NCBI GenBank assembly: GCA_002269645.1
Contig: NIVC01002018.1
Span: 148,229-212,228, forward strand
From: Macrostomum lignano
Lineage: Eukaryota
Reading direction: 5' to 3'
DNA length: 64,000 nt
Shown here piece by piece: positions 34,726-48,547 of the stretch (the first letter of the stretch is position 1; every line of letters begins with the position of its first letter). The translations under genes and the position numbers were made by a program. The notes below the pieces were generated by a model. The model was given only the letters and a program-made list of their open reading frames with translations, was not told the origin of the DNA and did no database searches.

Positions 34726-37700
34726 ATGGATGCATCTTCACTTATTACTCAAGTTAAAAAGCCAGAGTCAGGCAATGCTGAAGCCAGTGAAGGAAATTTA
34801 GACTGTTTAGTAGGCCTAAGTGAAGCCAAATCTAAAAATGAACAAATTACAGATATAAGTGTGCCTGAAAATACAGCTACAGAAATACATTCTAAGAATT
34901 TTCCAAATGACTATAGAAAGAGTGACTGCAAGAAAACTAGGCCTAAGAAACAAAAGTCAAATAAAGAATTTTCTGCTGGTAAGTTTTTTTTTATTCGAAT
35001 TTAATTTTTTGAGCTTAGGTCTTTTTTGTAACTTGATTTAGGCATTATAAAGCTTAAGCCTTAGTTATTGTTGAATAAATAGGCCTATAGACCTAGTTAG
35101 TTTATAAATATTAATAGGCCTATCACTATAGACCATAGGCATAGGCCATAGATTAAAAGAAACTTAATTAAAAGTAGTTAAGCCCCTAAAGCTTTAGTCT
35201 AAAGACAAAAAAGAAATATTAAAATATAGTCTTATAGTTAGGCCTACCTATTTAGGATTAGGCCTACCTATTTAGGATTAGGCCTATAGGGCCTAGGCCC
35301 TAGTCATTTTGGTGATAAGACATTTTGGTGACAAACAAGTGACAAGTCATTTTGGTAACAACTATTGTGCTTTCAAGTATAGAATTATATTGCCAATCTT
35401 AATTTAATGAAGCCTAAAATTTCATATTACTAAAATGGTAGGCCTAAAGTGTTTATTTGGGATCAAAATGGCTACACCCATAATGGCCAAAAAATTGCCT
35501 TCAAGGATAATACGAGCTCAATTTATTAATCTCCTATGTTTTTAGTGATAATTTTGTATAAATGGTTTTGGAAAAGTATATGCTTGAAAATTGAACTTTT
35601 TTAGAATCTTAACTTCCAAATGTATATATTTTCCAAAATAAATTTATTCTAAAACAACATTTAGAGAATTTTAATTTTAATTTTAATAAACAGTGTTTAT
35701 TCTAATTTTCTTAGGCACAACCTTGGGATTCACTTGGCCATTTCTATTGGCAACATACACACGTAAGTCGCTATTAGATGAAATAGTAGTCACGTGACTA
35801 CTCTCAGCCAATAGCGACTTATATCTATGTGTTGCCAAAAAAGGGCCAGGTGATTCCCAAAGTTGCACATGTATGAGCAACAGTGCTATGTCAGTTTAGG
35901 CTTAGTATTTAAAAAATGCTTACTTAAGGTTTGCTACCTACCCTTCACTTTCCCACTTTTGATTCACTGTCATTCTCTTATCGTTGTGACTAAGCTGTAC
36001 ATTCTTAACTTGTTTACCTATACTAATTTCTACTAATCTGCATTGCCTCTATTCTGAAAGTAACTATAACTGCTGATATGAATTTGTTTTGATAGGATTA
36101 TAATTTTATCAGGTGTTTGATAACTTGCTAAATTTTTAATTTAAGTTTCATTGAAATTTCCCCTTAGGACACCTCCTTCCCCAACCTGTCAGAATTTATC
36201 TACCTAATCTTCAATAGACCCCCGTGCCTCTATTGAAGTTTAGGTTCATAAAATCATTCCTCATGAAAATTCTCCCCACCCATATCATAAACCCCCTATT
36301 CCCCATGCCCCATGGGTTGGATTTAAGCTACAAAATTATGATCCTATCAAAACTGCAACTCTTTTATCTACCTAAAGTTCAAGAAGTCCACTATTTTTGT
36401 CATACCACATGGTATGCTTTGCCATTGTATATTTTCAACGTATTCCAACAAGGAAAATCCATGGTATTTGACTTTCTAGTTGGTATCTTGACTTTGGACT
36501 CCTTAGAATGCTTTTTTCTTCTTTATTACTGTTACTGCTTTATACTCTATTCCTAGTACTGGTCAGTAATGTGTTTAGTTTGATATTTTTTGTTAATTTA
36601 ATTTACCAGGCTCGCCCAGCAGCAGCTTTGGCAGCAGGCTTCTAGCCCAGCTATTCTGCTGTTTCGGCCTGGGTCACGTGCCCGACTATAACTTGGCAAG
36701 CAGCGCCGATGAAGAAGTGATTGTGAATCATAGCAAACTGTTGCCAGCTGAAGAGGATGAGGCTGCTGATCCCCAGTCTAAGTTAGTGAAGCTGGACATC
36801 GAAGAGCAGCCCGATGACGATCTGTTTGCATTCTCCGATCTCGGCGGCCTGTTGCCGGCTGAGGTGCCAGACTTCAGTGGCAGAATTTGCGCCGTCATCG
36901 ACTTGGACGAGACTCTGGTGCACAGCTCGTTTCAGGTTGGCGATTGGTCATGCCCGTTTTGGTGACTCACACTGGTACATGTCATGAGTCATGTACACTG
37001 TGAATCGCAGGGTGCTGACCCGATTTTTAATTAGTCTTAAAATTAATAGATTAATATATAATCTATTATAAGTGTATATACTTAGCAAAACTACTTTCTA
37101 CTTTCAGTTCAGTAGCAATGAAGAATACATAAGCTATTTTATGAGAATAAAGGCAGCTGAAATGACTTTGATAAGTCTAGAAATCAAGCTTGCAGAGGTA
37201 AACAGCTTGCTAGTTATAATGCACATTAGCCTGACTTAAAAAATAAATTAAAATGCTTCAGTTTTTCTTACTACTGAACTGAAAGTAGCTTACACGCACT
37301 TGTGCTGAGTGGCCCATCTAGTTCTTCTAGTATCTGGGTTAGGCTTAAGGTCTAATTCCATTTCTCCCGCACACCACTCTTTTGGAAACGGATTGGCAGT
37401 GCCCAGACGAGCCAGACTTCAGCATCGAAGTGGAAGTGGAAGGCGTGCAGCACCAGATCTACGTGTTGAAGCGGCCATTTGTCGATGAATTTCTTCATCG
37501 AGTCGGTCAGCTGTTCGAGTGCGTCCTGTTCACTGCCAGTATGGGAAAGGTGAGAGAAGTCGAAGGCTTTAATTAACTAGATTCCGTTAGCGTGGCTTTA
37601 AATTCTACTTATATAAAAGTACATTTTCTACTTTTAGTACGCCGACCCCGTGTGCGACGCTCTGGATCCGAACGGTTCCATTCATCATCGACTGTTTCGC

Positions 37701-38494
37701 GAGGCCTGCGTTTACCATTGCGACAGCTACGTGAAAGATTTGGCCACTCTGGGCAGGCCCGTTGATCGATGCTTCATCATGGACAATTCGCCAGCCTCCT
37801 ACATGTTCAATGTGGACAATGCGGTACGTGAACACGAGAGAATCCTCGTTGAAGGGATTTGTGTAGATGGGGTTTAGGGGAATCTTGAGTGATTTGCGTT
37901 CGAAAATTCCCGTGATTTGCGTAGGTGGGTGTAGATAAGGGAATCCCAACTGATTTGCGTGAGTGTAGGAAATCCCAAGTGATTTGTTTAGGGGACGTAG
38001 GGGAATCCCAAGTGATTTGTGTAGGTGGGCTGCAGGGGAATCCCAAGTGATTAGTGTAGTGGGGTGTAGGGAATTCCCAAGTGATTTGTGTAGGCTGATT
38101 GAGGAGAATCCCAAGTGATTTGCGTAGGAGTGTAGGGGAATCCCAAGTGATTTGTGTAGGGAGAGTGTACGGGAATCCCAAGTGATTTGTGGTGGTGGGA
38201 TGTAGGGGAATCCCAAGTGATATGTGTAAAGGGGGTGTTTTTTAGGCTAATGCTAAGGGGAACTGCCTTTAATTCCTGTGGTCCTGCGTTCCTCCGCAGA
38301 TCCATGTCAACACCTGGACAGGCGAGCCTGATGACACGGAGCTTCGCGATCTGATTCCGTACTTGGAGCGTCTGGCCAGTTCCGACTCGGTTGCGGAGTT
38401 CTTGCGCAACAATCCTTCGCCAACTGGCGCCCCAGTTTCTATGGCCCAATTTGCTGTTGCCATGCGGATGCATTCTTTTTCGAGTGAATCCTAG
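34726..38494 (+). CDS. CTDSP: CTD small phosphatase-like (FCP/SCP HAD phosphatase), ~369 aa, 5 exons
   Basis: join(34726..34978,36610..36935,37400..37549,37638..37823,38300..38494). [11 protein letters not shown]-terminus, LFCCF, catalytic [58 protein letters not shown]. Confidence 0.93.
37880..38225. repeat. ~30-bp minisatellite (GGGAATCCCAAGTGATTTGTGTAG...) in last CTDSP intron
   Basis: Directly visible. Confidence 0.9.
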
Positions 38495-38559
38495 CTAGTT
38501 ATATTTCCCGGTTGTGACTTCACGTGTCAGCTCATCTCCATGCTGTACAGGGTTTTGGG

Positions 38560-38750
38560 TGTTACAAAAGTACATCAAAATGGTTTGGGGCTCAGCAAAA
38601 GTGCATCAAAATGGTTTGGGGCTCTGCAAAAAGTACAAAGTGGTTGATTCGCAGCTAAAGTACATCAAAAGGGGTTGGGGCTCTGCAAAAAGTACAAAGT
38701 GGTTGATTCGCAGCTAAAGTACATCAAAAGGGTTTGAGGCGCAGCAAAAG
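38560..38750. repeat. Short tandem repeat (~29/58-bp period) downstream of CTDSP
   Basis: Repeated aaagtacatcaaaa..ggtttggggctc / aaagtacaaagtggttgattcgcagct. Confidence 0.8.
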
Positions 38751-39688
38751 TCCATGCAACAAATAATATCTTAGTTCACTTAGAAAAATCTACAACTAAT
38801 AGTTCATCTTTGAATTAACAGTGTTCTGCATCATGAAAGCAAAGTCTATTATCAGTAAGATCATTTCTGTAGAAGAGGAACCAGATTCGAGACCAATATA
38901 AATGCCAAAATATTCACTGCTGCAAATCGCTTTATTAAGTATTTTTTAAGCTTCATACTTCACTTAGTTTTACATTTTTTACTAATTTAGCCAAGTATTT
39001 AAGTTTTTTATATAAATATTCATACTACTGAAGTAGTATGAGTTAGGTTAGTAATAAACTGCTTGAAGGGATTAATCATTATGTTGGCCTTGAGTTATAA
39101 AATTAGCTATCGCGTCTTCCAGATGTATTCCACTTTGCAAACCCTTCATTTCTTCCTTTGTTTTGAAATTGCGGCTCTATTTTTGTGTAAAATATGTTTC
39201 ATAAATATTATATTAACCATATTTGATGTACCCTAGCTTTCTTCTTTATCAATGCTCATTAATAAATTTTGTATTTTCTGGCCTGGATCTTTGCTATTTG
39301 ATAAAGTTTAGACTGAGTTTTAAGTTTGATTGTGTAAATTTTTTGTCAATATATTTAATCTATGTTTTTTGATTGTTTAAGAATTGGAAAAAAAGCAAAA
39401 ATAATTTGTTGTTTGTTAATATCTTCATCATTATTTACATATAAATAACGATAATGTTTAGTGAGACAATCAACAAGGTTCGATTCCCTTGAGCACGTGA
39501 ATTGGCCTGGGATAGAGTACACGCCTGACGTTTAGAAAGCCAGGGCCGCTGTACACTCCCTGTTGTGAACTTTCGCCACGGTGCCGACAACTTGTACAAC
39601 TGTAGTCAGCTGATTTGGGACAAAAAATCTCATAATGTTAGCTTTCGTCTTTTCTTCAGTCAAAGTGCAACAAAAAGCTTCTAAACAA

Positions 39689-40591
39689 ATGAAAGGCGAC
39701 CCGGATGTTACCAGCTGCGCCGATGGCGGCGGCAGCTCAGCTAGTGCCCCGAGAACGCAGCAGAGTTGCCCAGGATGCGACCTGCTGCGACAAGAGAACG
39801 GCGTCTTGGCCGCCAAGCTGGAACAGTCCAGGCGTGAGGCGGCCAATTACAGCAGCGCGTCCAACGAATTACAGAGCAGAAATCTTCAACTGTCCATGGA
39901 AGTTGCGGAGCTGCAGTGCCGTCTGCGCACAGCCCAGCAGCGTCTGTTGAGCGTCGCCAGCGTAGCCCAGAGCATGGCAACGCAAGGCCAGTTGCTGTCG
40001 ACGCTGTTGAGCGATAGCACTGATTTGCATCGGTCTGACTGTCCGACCTCGACAGACCAGCAGCAGGTTAGCGGCAGTCGTGGAATATTTCTAGCTCCAG
40101 AGCCTGCCGCTAGGGAAGACGTCCTGACCATCAGTGACGACAACAACAACACGGAATATCAGCAGCTGCTAGATGTTGAAATTGTTTCGCTTCCAACTGG
40201 CGGATGCTCTTCGGCTAACGCGAGCGAGCTGGTTCCGCTGACGCCGGAGTCGCCGGACATCAAAGTGACTATGAACGCCACCTCGGACATCAAGTCGCTG
40301 CTGGACGCCTATCTGGCCGACCGGGTGGACGCCAATCTTGACAGGCTGGTCAGGCGCATCATCCGAGCCCTGTTCAGCCCCTACGAGCTGGCGCACACCT
40401 CTTGGTCTGGCCGGACTACGGCGAACGGCGCGAATCGACCGGAGGCTGATCCGGCTAAAAAGTTGGCTTTGATCAACTTTCTTAGAAATACTGGAGTGCC
40501 TTGCGATATTTCTCAGCTGTCCCGCTGCTATCGTTGCATCAGCTGCCTGCAACGGCGCACAGCTCGAGCTCATGCTAGCAAAGGAAACTAG
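39689..40591 (+). CDS. Coiled-coil + C-terminal BEN-domain-like protein, ~300 aa, single coding exon
   Basis: Coiled coil (LRQENGVLAAKLEQSRRE...LQCRLRTAQQRL); C-terminal RLVRRIIRALFSPYELAHTSWSG...EADPAKKLALINFL fits the BEN pattern; acceptor ttttcttcag at 39660. Confidence 0.6.
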   Translation: MKGDPDVTSCADGGGSSASAPRTQQSCPGCDLLRQENGVLAAKLEQSRREAANYSSASNELQSRNLQLSMEVAELQCRLRTAQQRLLSVASVAQSMATQGQLLSTLLSDSTDLHRSDCPTSTDQQQVSGSRGIFLAPEPAAREDVLTISDDNNNTEYQQLLDVEIVSLPTGGCSSANASELVPLTPESPDIKVTMNATSDIKSLLDAYLADRVDANLDRLVRRIIRALFSPYELAHTSWSGRTTANGANRPEADPAKKLALINFLRNTGVPCDISQLSRCYRCISCLQRRTARAHASKGN

Positions 40592-40861
40592 ATTTAATAT
40601 ACATTGATGTACTGGAGGGAAATATCTTCAGTTGGTCATATTTCATAGTCTAGCCGCAATAAAGCGCGACATTGAACACATTTGATTCGTGATTTCAGGT
40701 GCTAATCCTGTAAACTTTACACCATAGTTAAAATAAGTTAATAAGTTAAAGTAATTGAGTTTGAGAATTGGTTTCCAGATTAATCGACGATAAATTGACG
40801 ATTTAATTTTTCAGGAAGCTTAAAAGACAAGTATTATCAAAGTTCCTTGAAGTATTTTTGG

Positions 40862-41227
40862 GGGAACCAGTTAATTAGGCGACAGGTTGACTCGGTGACA
40901 ACCAATTCGGTGACTTTGGCTTTGGCTTCCAAAAAAACGGTATACTCGTCTTAAGTCTGTTGCTTCATTCGACTGGAAGTGCAAGCAGTAGAAAAAATGC
41001 ACTCGCTCCGAGTCCGAGACTCCAGGGGGGCGTACACGCACCTCTTTGAAAACGTGTTATTCAGCATGATTAAAACAAAATTACCTTACTCGAATGGCAA
41101 AGACTAGCAATATTTTAAATTTTAACGAGAGTCGTATATAGCTTTCTATATACGACATTATATAAACTTCAGCATTCGCCGAATCGACTGTCGCCGAACT
41201 GACTTGTCGCCGAATTAACTGGAAGCC
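40862..41227. mobile_element. MITE with GG...CC termini (Mutator/Merlin-like)
   Basis: Imperfect ~45-bp TIRs (GGGAACCAGTTAATTAGGCGAC / GTCGCCGAATTAACTGGAAGCC) with repeated TCGGYGA motifs; 8-bp TSD ATTTTTGG at 40854-40861 and 41228-41235. Confidence 0.75.
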
Positions 41228-43264
41228 ATTTTTGGTATGCTTTACCTTTCGCTTTCTATGATGTTAGAGAAAAAAATTATTTTCAAAATTCAGCGATACA
41301 TTTGATGTTTAATATACTAGTGCTAAAATTATTTTTTATAGTTGCCACTTCATTATTACAACTTCATCATGTTATCCTTGCGTAGAAAGCTTAATTGAAC
41401 TGCATTTTGCTTAATAAGAAATTTTTTGCTTTTCTAAAAAGTCACTGCATTCTTTTACTAAACATTGCCTTGTAACTTTCAAGCAACTTATGAAACTTTC
41501 AACTTTGTGAATTTTTGAAACGAAAGGGCTTCTATTTGTTTTGAAATGCATGTTTTGAAGTACAGCTAATACAGCCTAGGGTGTGTGTGTGCGTTTGAGT
41601 TTTTTATACGTTTTCCGAATCGTAATTCTTGTTATTTATTTATAGCTCGAAGCTTAATAGAAAAAATAATTACAGGCTGTGGGGGGGGCAGCGCTGACGG
41701 CAATTCTGCCCAAATTCCACTGACTCCTGACACAGTACGTCAGGAGTCAGCGGACAGTACGCAAATACTGTACGCAGGTAGTTAGTAGTTTATATTGATA
41801 TTATAAACCGATATTAATAGATGCGTACGCTCCGTTAAGCAGTCACCAGACTTCTAGGACTTGGTGATGTCTAATTGTGTAAAATTAAATTTATCGCTAT
41901 TAAAAAGAACATTGTTGAATAAAAAATGCAGTTTGGATAAATTCAATTAAATTACAAAAGAAAAATATTTGGGTCAATTTGACTTTCAGAAATTTTTACT
42001 GACCCTCTTACAGACGTGTTGGCAGCATCCAGAGAATATGGATTACAAAGAAATTTTAATCCGCCTGTTCAATCTTAAAATTGATAAAAATGAGTCCACA
42101 GACAGCATCGAAGAGGTTGGCGGCGAGATGACGGGAGACACCGGATTCCTCAGCTTCAGGCGAAGGCTCAAGATTAAGAAAGGTGATTCGATGAAGCGTG
42201 TTTTTCTTAAATTTAACGATACAAGCCGAACAGATCTCGGTGACCTGAAGCAGCTCAGTGAGGTGGCCAATGCTCGCGAGTGCCTGTTCTACGGCACCTT
42301 CGCACCCTTGCTGGAGCGGACTGCCTCTCAGCTGGGCTTGGGAAGCGTCGGCCTGCCCACCGTCCACCTGGAAATGGTGCTGCCTACAGGAACTCTCATT
42401 GTGATGGAGGATCTCGGCGAGGCTGGCTTCGAGCTGGCTCCAGCCACAATGAACGTTGCTGAAGCTCGCTGCGTGCTGAGCAGTCTGGCTCGAGTCCAGG
42501 CAGCGTTCTTGCTGACGAAAGCTCGACTGGGCAGTCCGGCTTCGGGTCTGTTCGGACCGCAGTCGCCTCTGTCCGACGGTTTCAAATCGACTGATGTTGC
42601 TGGTTTCGACTTTGCCGAAATGCTGCCTGGCTGCTTTGAAGCGTTTGTTCGCGAGTTTCCAAAGTATTTGAAGTGCGAGAAGCGTGTGGCCGCAATTAAT
42701 TCGTACCTTAATGACGACTTTGTTGCTAAAGCTCAGAGGTACTTGAAGACGCGAAGGCGTATTCAGCATGCCAGTGAAGTATGAGACAGACTAGGCCCAT
42801 GGGCTAAGGTCTGCGATGCTTCACGCCTGCCCCTATCTTCAGCAGGTCAAGGCTGGTGGGAGGTCTGCACCCTCTATTTGCCTCTGGCAGCCGCAGACCC
42901 CCCCCCACGCTGTCTCGCAAGTCGACTCAGGGTACTCGTCCCCGCGTGTGTTCAAGGCAGTCCCTAGGGCTGCTGGACAGACTGGGCTCCGGCGCTGGCG
43001 ACCCTATCCAGTGGCTTCGGCCGAATTTGGGTATGCGGGTCTGGCTCGCCAACCTGCAGGCCGTGGTACTGCTCAACGTACTCTCTAATGCCTAAGGTGT
43101 TGACCGTGCCGATGGGCTGGAAGGCCGGGGAGTAGTCCGGTCGCAAGCGGTCCCCCTCCTGGTGTCGGGCCAGCCTTGAGGGTGCTATTGGCCTACTGCC
43201 CGGTCAGGTGGAGCGGCCGGGTGGGTACCGCGCCCCTTTGAGGGTAGCCCACCAACCTTTTATC

Positions 43265-44784
43265 ATGGCCTTCGAGCCGACTATGGATAAACAAGCTATT
43301 TCTAGGGACGGGGACCCTTCTAAACCCCAACCTCAGTCCGAAGGACCGGCCGGCCCTGCTGGCAGATCCCAACCGACTGATTCAACTGTGGCAAAGGAAG
43401 GACCGGCTGGCTCTGCTGGCAGATCCGACCAGAGCTACCAAACTCAAAATACCCTAAGACCTGCCAGCTCCGCTGGTGGATCTAAGGGAACCGCGAGCTC
43501 TGAGCCTAAAGGACCGGCCAAATCTGGCAGATCCGATGAAGCTCAGCGGGCTCGGCTTGAGCGCAAACGCGCTAAACAACGCGCCAAAAGGCAGGCCAAG
43601 AAGGGAGCTGCGGGGGCCAAAGCGGCGGCGTCCACCATGGATGCTGAAGCGACTGGAGTCCCAAGGCAACCAGGCGGGCCGGCCGGTGGAAGCTCCAGTA
43701 GTTCAGCGGCGGCGCTCCCTGGAGCTGCTGCCGCGGCTGCTGAGGCCAAACCACGGCGCAACAAATGGCCACTGCCAACAAGGAGGTTCCTTCGGGAGCT
43801 ACCTTTGCGGCGAAGGCCAAGGCCAAAATCCCGGGAGTGATCATCCAAGGTCGCGACCAGGACTGGACCACTGATCAGCTTCAAAAAGTGTGGAGTGCTG
43901 TTGACTCCTATCTGATTGAGCTGACTGTCGAGGAGGGAATCTCCATCGGCGTTGAGCGGATGGTGCTGCGAAGCACATTCGTTCTTATTGCTCCTAGCAG
44001 CGAGGAGGACGCTCGGCGGCTGCTCCAGCGGCTACCGACGGTCTCCTTGGATGCTGACCTTGGCGGAGCTCTTTTTCTTCGCGAGGGCCAGCGTCCAAAG
44101 ACGATACCCTATGTGGTTTTCGTCCCTGCTAAGAGCACCGCAGCTGGACCAGACGTTATTCGCCGGGTCCTACTGCGTCTGAACCCCGACCTCCCTGCTA
44201 GTGGACTGGTGTATCACCGTAAAGTCCGCAGGGGGGAGACGGGCAACTCAATTGTCCTCGGCCTTTCCAGCACTTGGGCGAGTCGGTACCCTAATGGATC
44301 CTCTTTCCAGCTGGGTGCCCTCAAGCTCAAGTTGCGCCGAGGAAAGTCTGCCAAAGGGAAGGCTACTGCCAACCCCGGCATCTCCGGCAAGAGCGGGGCG
44401 CAGTCTAAGGCCCAAGGAAAGGCGCAAGCCGATCCCAAAGCCAAAGCTGCATCTCGCCCCTCTGCTAGCAGCAGTTCGGCGACCGCGGTAACGGCTCCGG
44501 CCGAGCCCCGGGAACCAAACCTGCCAGTCGGAGAAGGAGTTGAGGACGAGGCCGGGTCTTCGGAATCCGAGCTCTCCTCGGCCACCTTGGTGGGGTCTGA
44601 AGGTAAAGATGCAGGTGAGGAAGCTTCCTCCATCCTGTCATCGGAGCCTGAGGACTCTGCTGGGGGGCCGGTGGGGGTGAGGAGGCCATGGACGTCGACC
44701 AACTCCCATCTCCCAGTCAAGCCCCAGCGGCCTGGGACGAGGACGATCTGTTGTCCAAGTCTCCTTGATGGCCCTGGGCTCTAG
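43265..44784 (+). CDS. LINE ORF1 (nucleic-acid-binding/gag-like), one apparent frameshift near 43780
   Basis: ORFs 43208..43840 and 43765..44784 join if an A-run gains one base; basic low-complexity N-terminus; no clear CCHC knuckle seen. Confidence 0.7.
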
Positions 44785-44807
44785 CCAGATATTGCATTTA
44801 ATACAGT

Positions 44808-47800
44808 ATGACTAAGCTCCACGCTGCCAAAGGAGCGACATTCTGTCTGCAAATAAATTTACAGCATTGCGTATCTGCGTCAGTAAATCTGATGAAGATT
44901 GCTGAGCTGTACAGGCCAGGCCTCATCCTGATCCAGGAACCCTGGATGCGCAACGGTAAGTTGCCCAACATTCCCTCTGGCTACTCTGATTTTTATGTGT
45001 GTGGCCCGGGGAACAGCCGCCCTAGAGCGGCTATCCTCGCTGCTAGCCATCTCCAGGCTTGGCTGAGGACTGATCTCTCTGATGGAGACCTTTGCGTCAT
45101 CCAATCTAATCATTTCTCTCCGCGTACGTGTCTTGTTGCCTCGGTTTATATCCCAGGCGACAGAGACCCTGCTCCCGAGAGTTTACTGCGCCTTGCGCAG
45201 TACTGCGAGTCCCAGAACGCTGAGCTGTGCTTAGGGGGCGACCTCAACGCGCACCACAAGCACTGGGGCAGCAAAGATACCAACACTAGAGGAGAGGAGC
45301 TTCTGGCCCTCATCTCTAACACAAACCTCATGCTCTGCAACCGCGGCAGCACTCCTACCTTTAATAATGGCAGATGGACCGAGGTCCTCGACGCCACACT
45401 CGTTACCCCAAGACTCTTTGACAGAGTCAAGGAGTGGAGAGTCTGGTCTGAGGAGCCCTCCCTGTCTGACCACTGCTTTATCGCCTTTAATATCGCGGAC
45501 ACTAAAACCCAGTCTCCGATCACTTGGAGACGCAATATCCGCAACACTGATTGGGCGGCCTACAAGGCTGCCCTTGATCTGCACCTGCAGGAACTCACGG
45601 ACTTACGTCCGATTGAGACCTGCGAGGATGTGGATCATATGGCTGAGACGCTGACAGGTTGCATTATTGCAGCCTACGAAGCGGCTTGTCCTGCTCGCGC
45701 CTACAGAGGCAAGACCTCGGCGCCGTGGTGGAACCCGGAGCTGGGGAAACTCAGGCGGAAGGCCAAAAGCCTTCATCGCCGTGCCATGAAGACCGGAAAC
45801 CCGGAGGACATGGAGCTTTTCCGGCAAGCCTCCCGCAATTTCAAATCTGAAGTGCGCAAGGCCAAGGAATGTAAGTGGCGCCAATTCTGCAATGAATTGG
45901 ATCAAGACAGACCTACTTCTAGGCTTGTCAAGGCCCTTACAATGGACAAAATGTCCAAATTAGCCATGATAAAAAAGATGATGGCTCTCTTACTAAAGAC
46001 CCTGAAGAAGTGCTTCAGCATATGCTTAGCACATTCTTCCCGAGGGTACCTACTGCTAGACCGGAGCCCAACCATTCGATGGATGGAGCCACCCTAGCGG
46101 CGGGCATTGTCACTGAAGACCTAATCGCTCGTGCGGTCAGAACCTTCAAACCCTTCAAATCTCCTGGACCTGATGGTATCTACCCTGTTCTCCTTCGTGA
46201 AGCAGCCAAGATACCCTCGTTCCTGAGACTCACCCGCAATCTTATGCGGGCCTCTATCCAGCTGGGATACGTTCCCAAAAGCTGGACTGAAGCTCGAGTA
46301 GTCTTTATTCCCAAACCTGGGAAGGGTGACTACCAAAGCGTCAAGGCCTTCCGGCCAATTAGCTTAACATCAGCAATGCTTAAGCTCACTGAGAGGCTTA
46401 TTCTCTGGCGGCTGCTCTCCTGCGAGCTGACAGCGATGCCCCTCAGCAATAATCAGCACGCCTTCCGTACCGGGAGGTCGACTGACAGCGCCCTGCATGC
46501 GATTGTCGAAAAGATTGAACGGGCGGTACTGGGTGACGGTTACGCCCTGGCTCTCTTTCTTGACATTGTTGGCGCCTTCGACAACGTTATCTTTGAAGCG
46601 TTTCAGAGGGCCCTTCAAAATCGCAAAGCTCATGCTACCCTCATACGGTGGATCATGTACATGATCTCCAACCGTACGGTCACTGCCCAACTTCTTGGGC
46701 AAACTGCCTCCACCAGAGTCTGTAAGGGTGGACCCCAAGGCGGAGTCCTCACCCCGACGCTCTGGAACCTGGTCATGGACGCTCTTCTGAGTGACTCCCG
46801 ACCTGACCCCGTCTTCAAAGTCGGGTATGCTGATGACGTCACGGCCATTGTGGCAGGACCGTCTCCCAGCACGCTCAGGGATCTGATGCAGAGCTTTATC
46901 CGCAAAGCAGAATCCTGGGCCAATGACAATGGTTTGGAACTCTCTGAGCCCAAAACCGTTGCCATTATGTTTACCAGCAGACTACGCTGGAACATACGTC
47001 CTCTGCAGCTCTACGGCAGAGATATTGCCTTCGCGCACCAGACCAGATGTCTCGGGGTCACACTTGACCACCGGCTCAACTGGTCCTTCCACGTGAAAGC
47101 AAAAGCTAAGCGTGCCTCAGCCATCCTGGCCCAGCTCCGACGAGCACTTGGCACTTCTTGGGGTCTATCCCCAAAGCGGCTTTGGTGGATCTATACTTCC
47201 GTAGTTAGACCTGCCATTACGTACGCCTCTGTTGTCTGGGTTAGCGCTACCCAGGTCAAAAGCCATGCAGACCTGCTCAACACGATCCAAGGCAGAGCGT
47301 GTAGGCTCATCTGCAACGCCACCAGGTCCACGCCCTTTGCTGGCATGGGGGCCTTTCTTAATCTTCCGCCTCTTGACCTCTTCATCAGGGGTGAGGCGGC
47401 TAGAACGACGCGGCGTCTAATTGATGCCGGCGTCAAATTCATTTACATGAGAGCACCTGCTAAGCGGAACCTTGTCCCGCATAGCGATCTGTGCCTCAAC
47501 TTTCTCAACGAGTGTCAGGCCAATCGCGTCTTCACCGATGGCATTGCCTCAACGCTCAACCTGAGACAGCGCTACTCCGTAGCTATCGACTCGCGCGATA
47601 ACATCAATGACCATTGGAACCCTGGTGAGCTTCATTGCTACACCGACGGTTCTAAGCAGTCAGCCAACACCGGCTTTGGTGTTGGAATCTTTCTGAACGG
47701 GAGGGTCATCGCTACCCACGCTCAATACACTGGGGTCAACTCCAGTGTTTTCCAAAATGAAGTTCTGGCCATCAGCTCCTGCACTGCAGAGCTTCTCGCC

Positions 47801-48547
47801 ACTGGCGTTACTGGTAAGAACATCATTTTCCATTCGGACAGCCAAGCTGCCTTGCACGCCATCAGTGGCTGCAGCACCAACTCTGCTACAGTCCTTGACT
47901 GTATCAAACTCCTCAATGTGTTGGGTTCCGCCAACAAAATTACCCTTAAGTGGGTTCCGGGGCATGTGGGGATCCGAGGAAATGAGTTGGCTGACACCCT
48001 TGCAAAAGTTGGTGCCTCCGGCTCCTCTCTCGGCCCCGAACCTCTTGTCCCGATTCCTGGCTGTGTCATCGACTCGCGCATCAAAGCGTGGATCAGGACT
48101 CAGCACCGCTCGACTTGGGCGAACCGCACGAACTGCAGGCAATCCAGAGGCGCTGTCCCTCAGCCCTCTCACCAGCTCCGGAAGCTCCTCTTGCGCCTCT
48201 CGCGCAGAGACATCCGGGCTGCCACCATGACCCTCTCTGGTCACGGCTGCTTCTCCAGGCACCAGTACCTGCAGGGCAACGCCACCAACGCCACCTGTAG
48301 TTTCTGCAACTCAGGTGACGAAACCGCTGAGCATTTCGTCAGCATCTGTCCCGCCTTCACGCGGGCCAGACTCACTTACCTCGGGCCACACACATCTATT
48401 ACTGAAGCGTGCAAACCCGAAAACTTTAATCAGCTCATGCGCTACCTTCGGGCCACCCGCAGGGCTGAACTCTCCTTTCCAGAGAGCACCATAGCTGCTG
48501 GCGACACTGGGGGACCTCCCTGGGCGGCGCCAACCCTCCGTCCATAG
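44808..48547 (+). CDS. LINE ORF2: APE endonuclease, reverse transcriptase, RNase H, CCHC; one frameshift in an A-run near 45975
   Basis: QINLQH, ILIQEP, GGDLNAHH, SDH; SPGPDG, FRPISL, QHAFR, FLDIVGAFD, PQGGVL, YADD; YTDGS, HSDSQAA, WVPGH, GNELAD; CSFC...HFVSIC. Confidence 0.95.
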
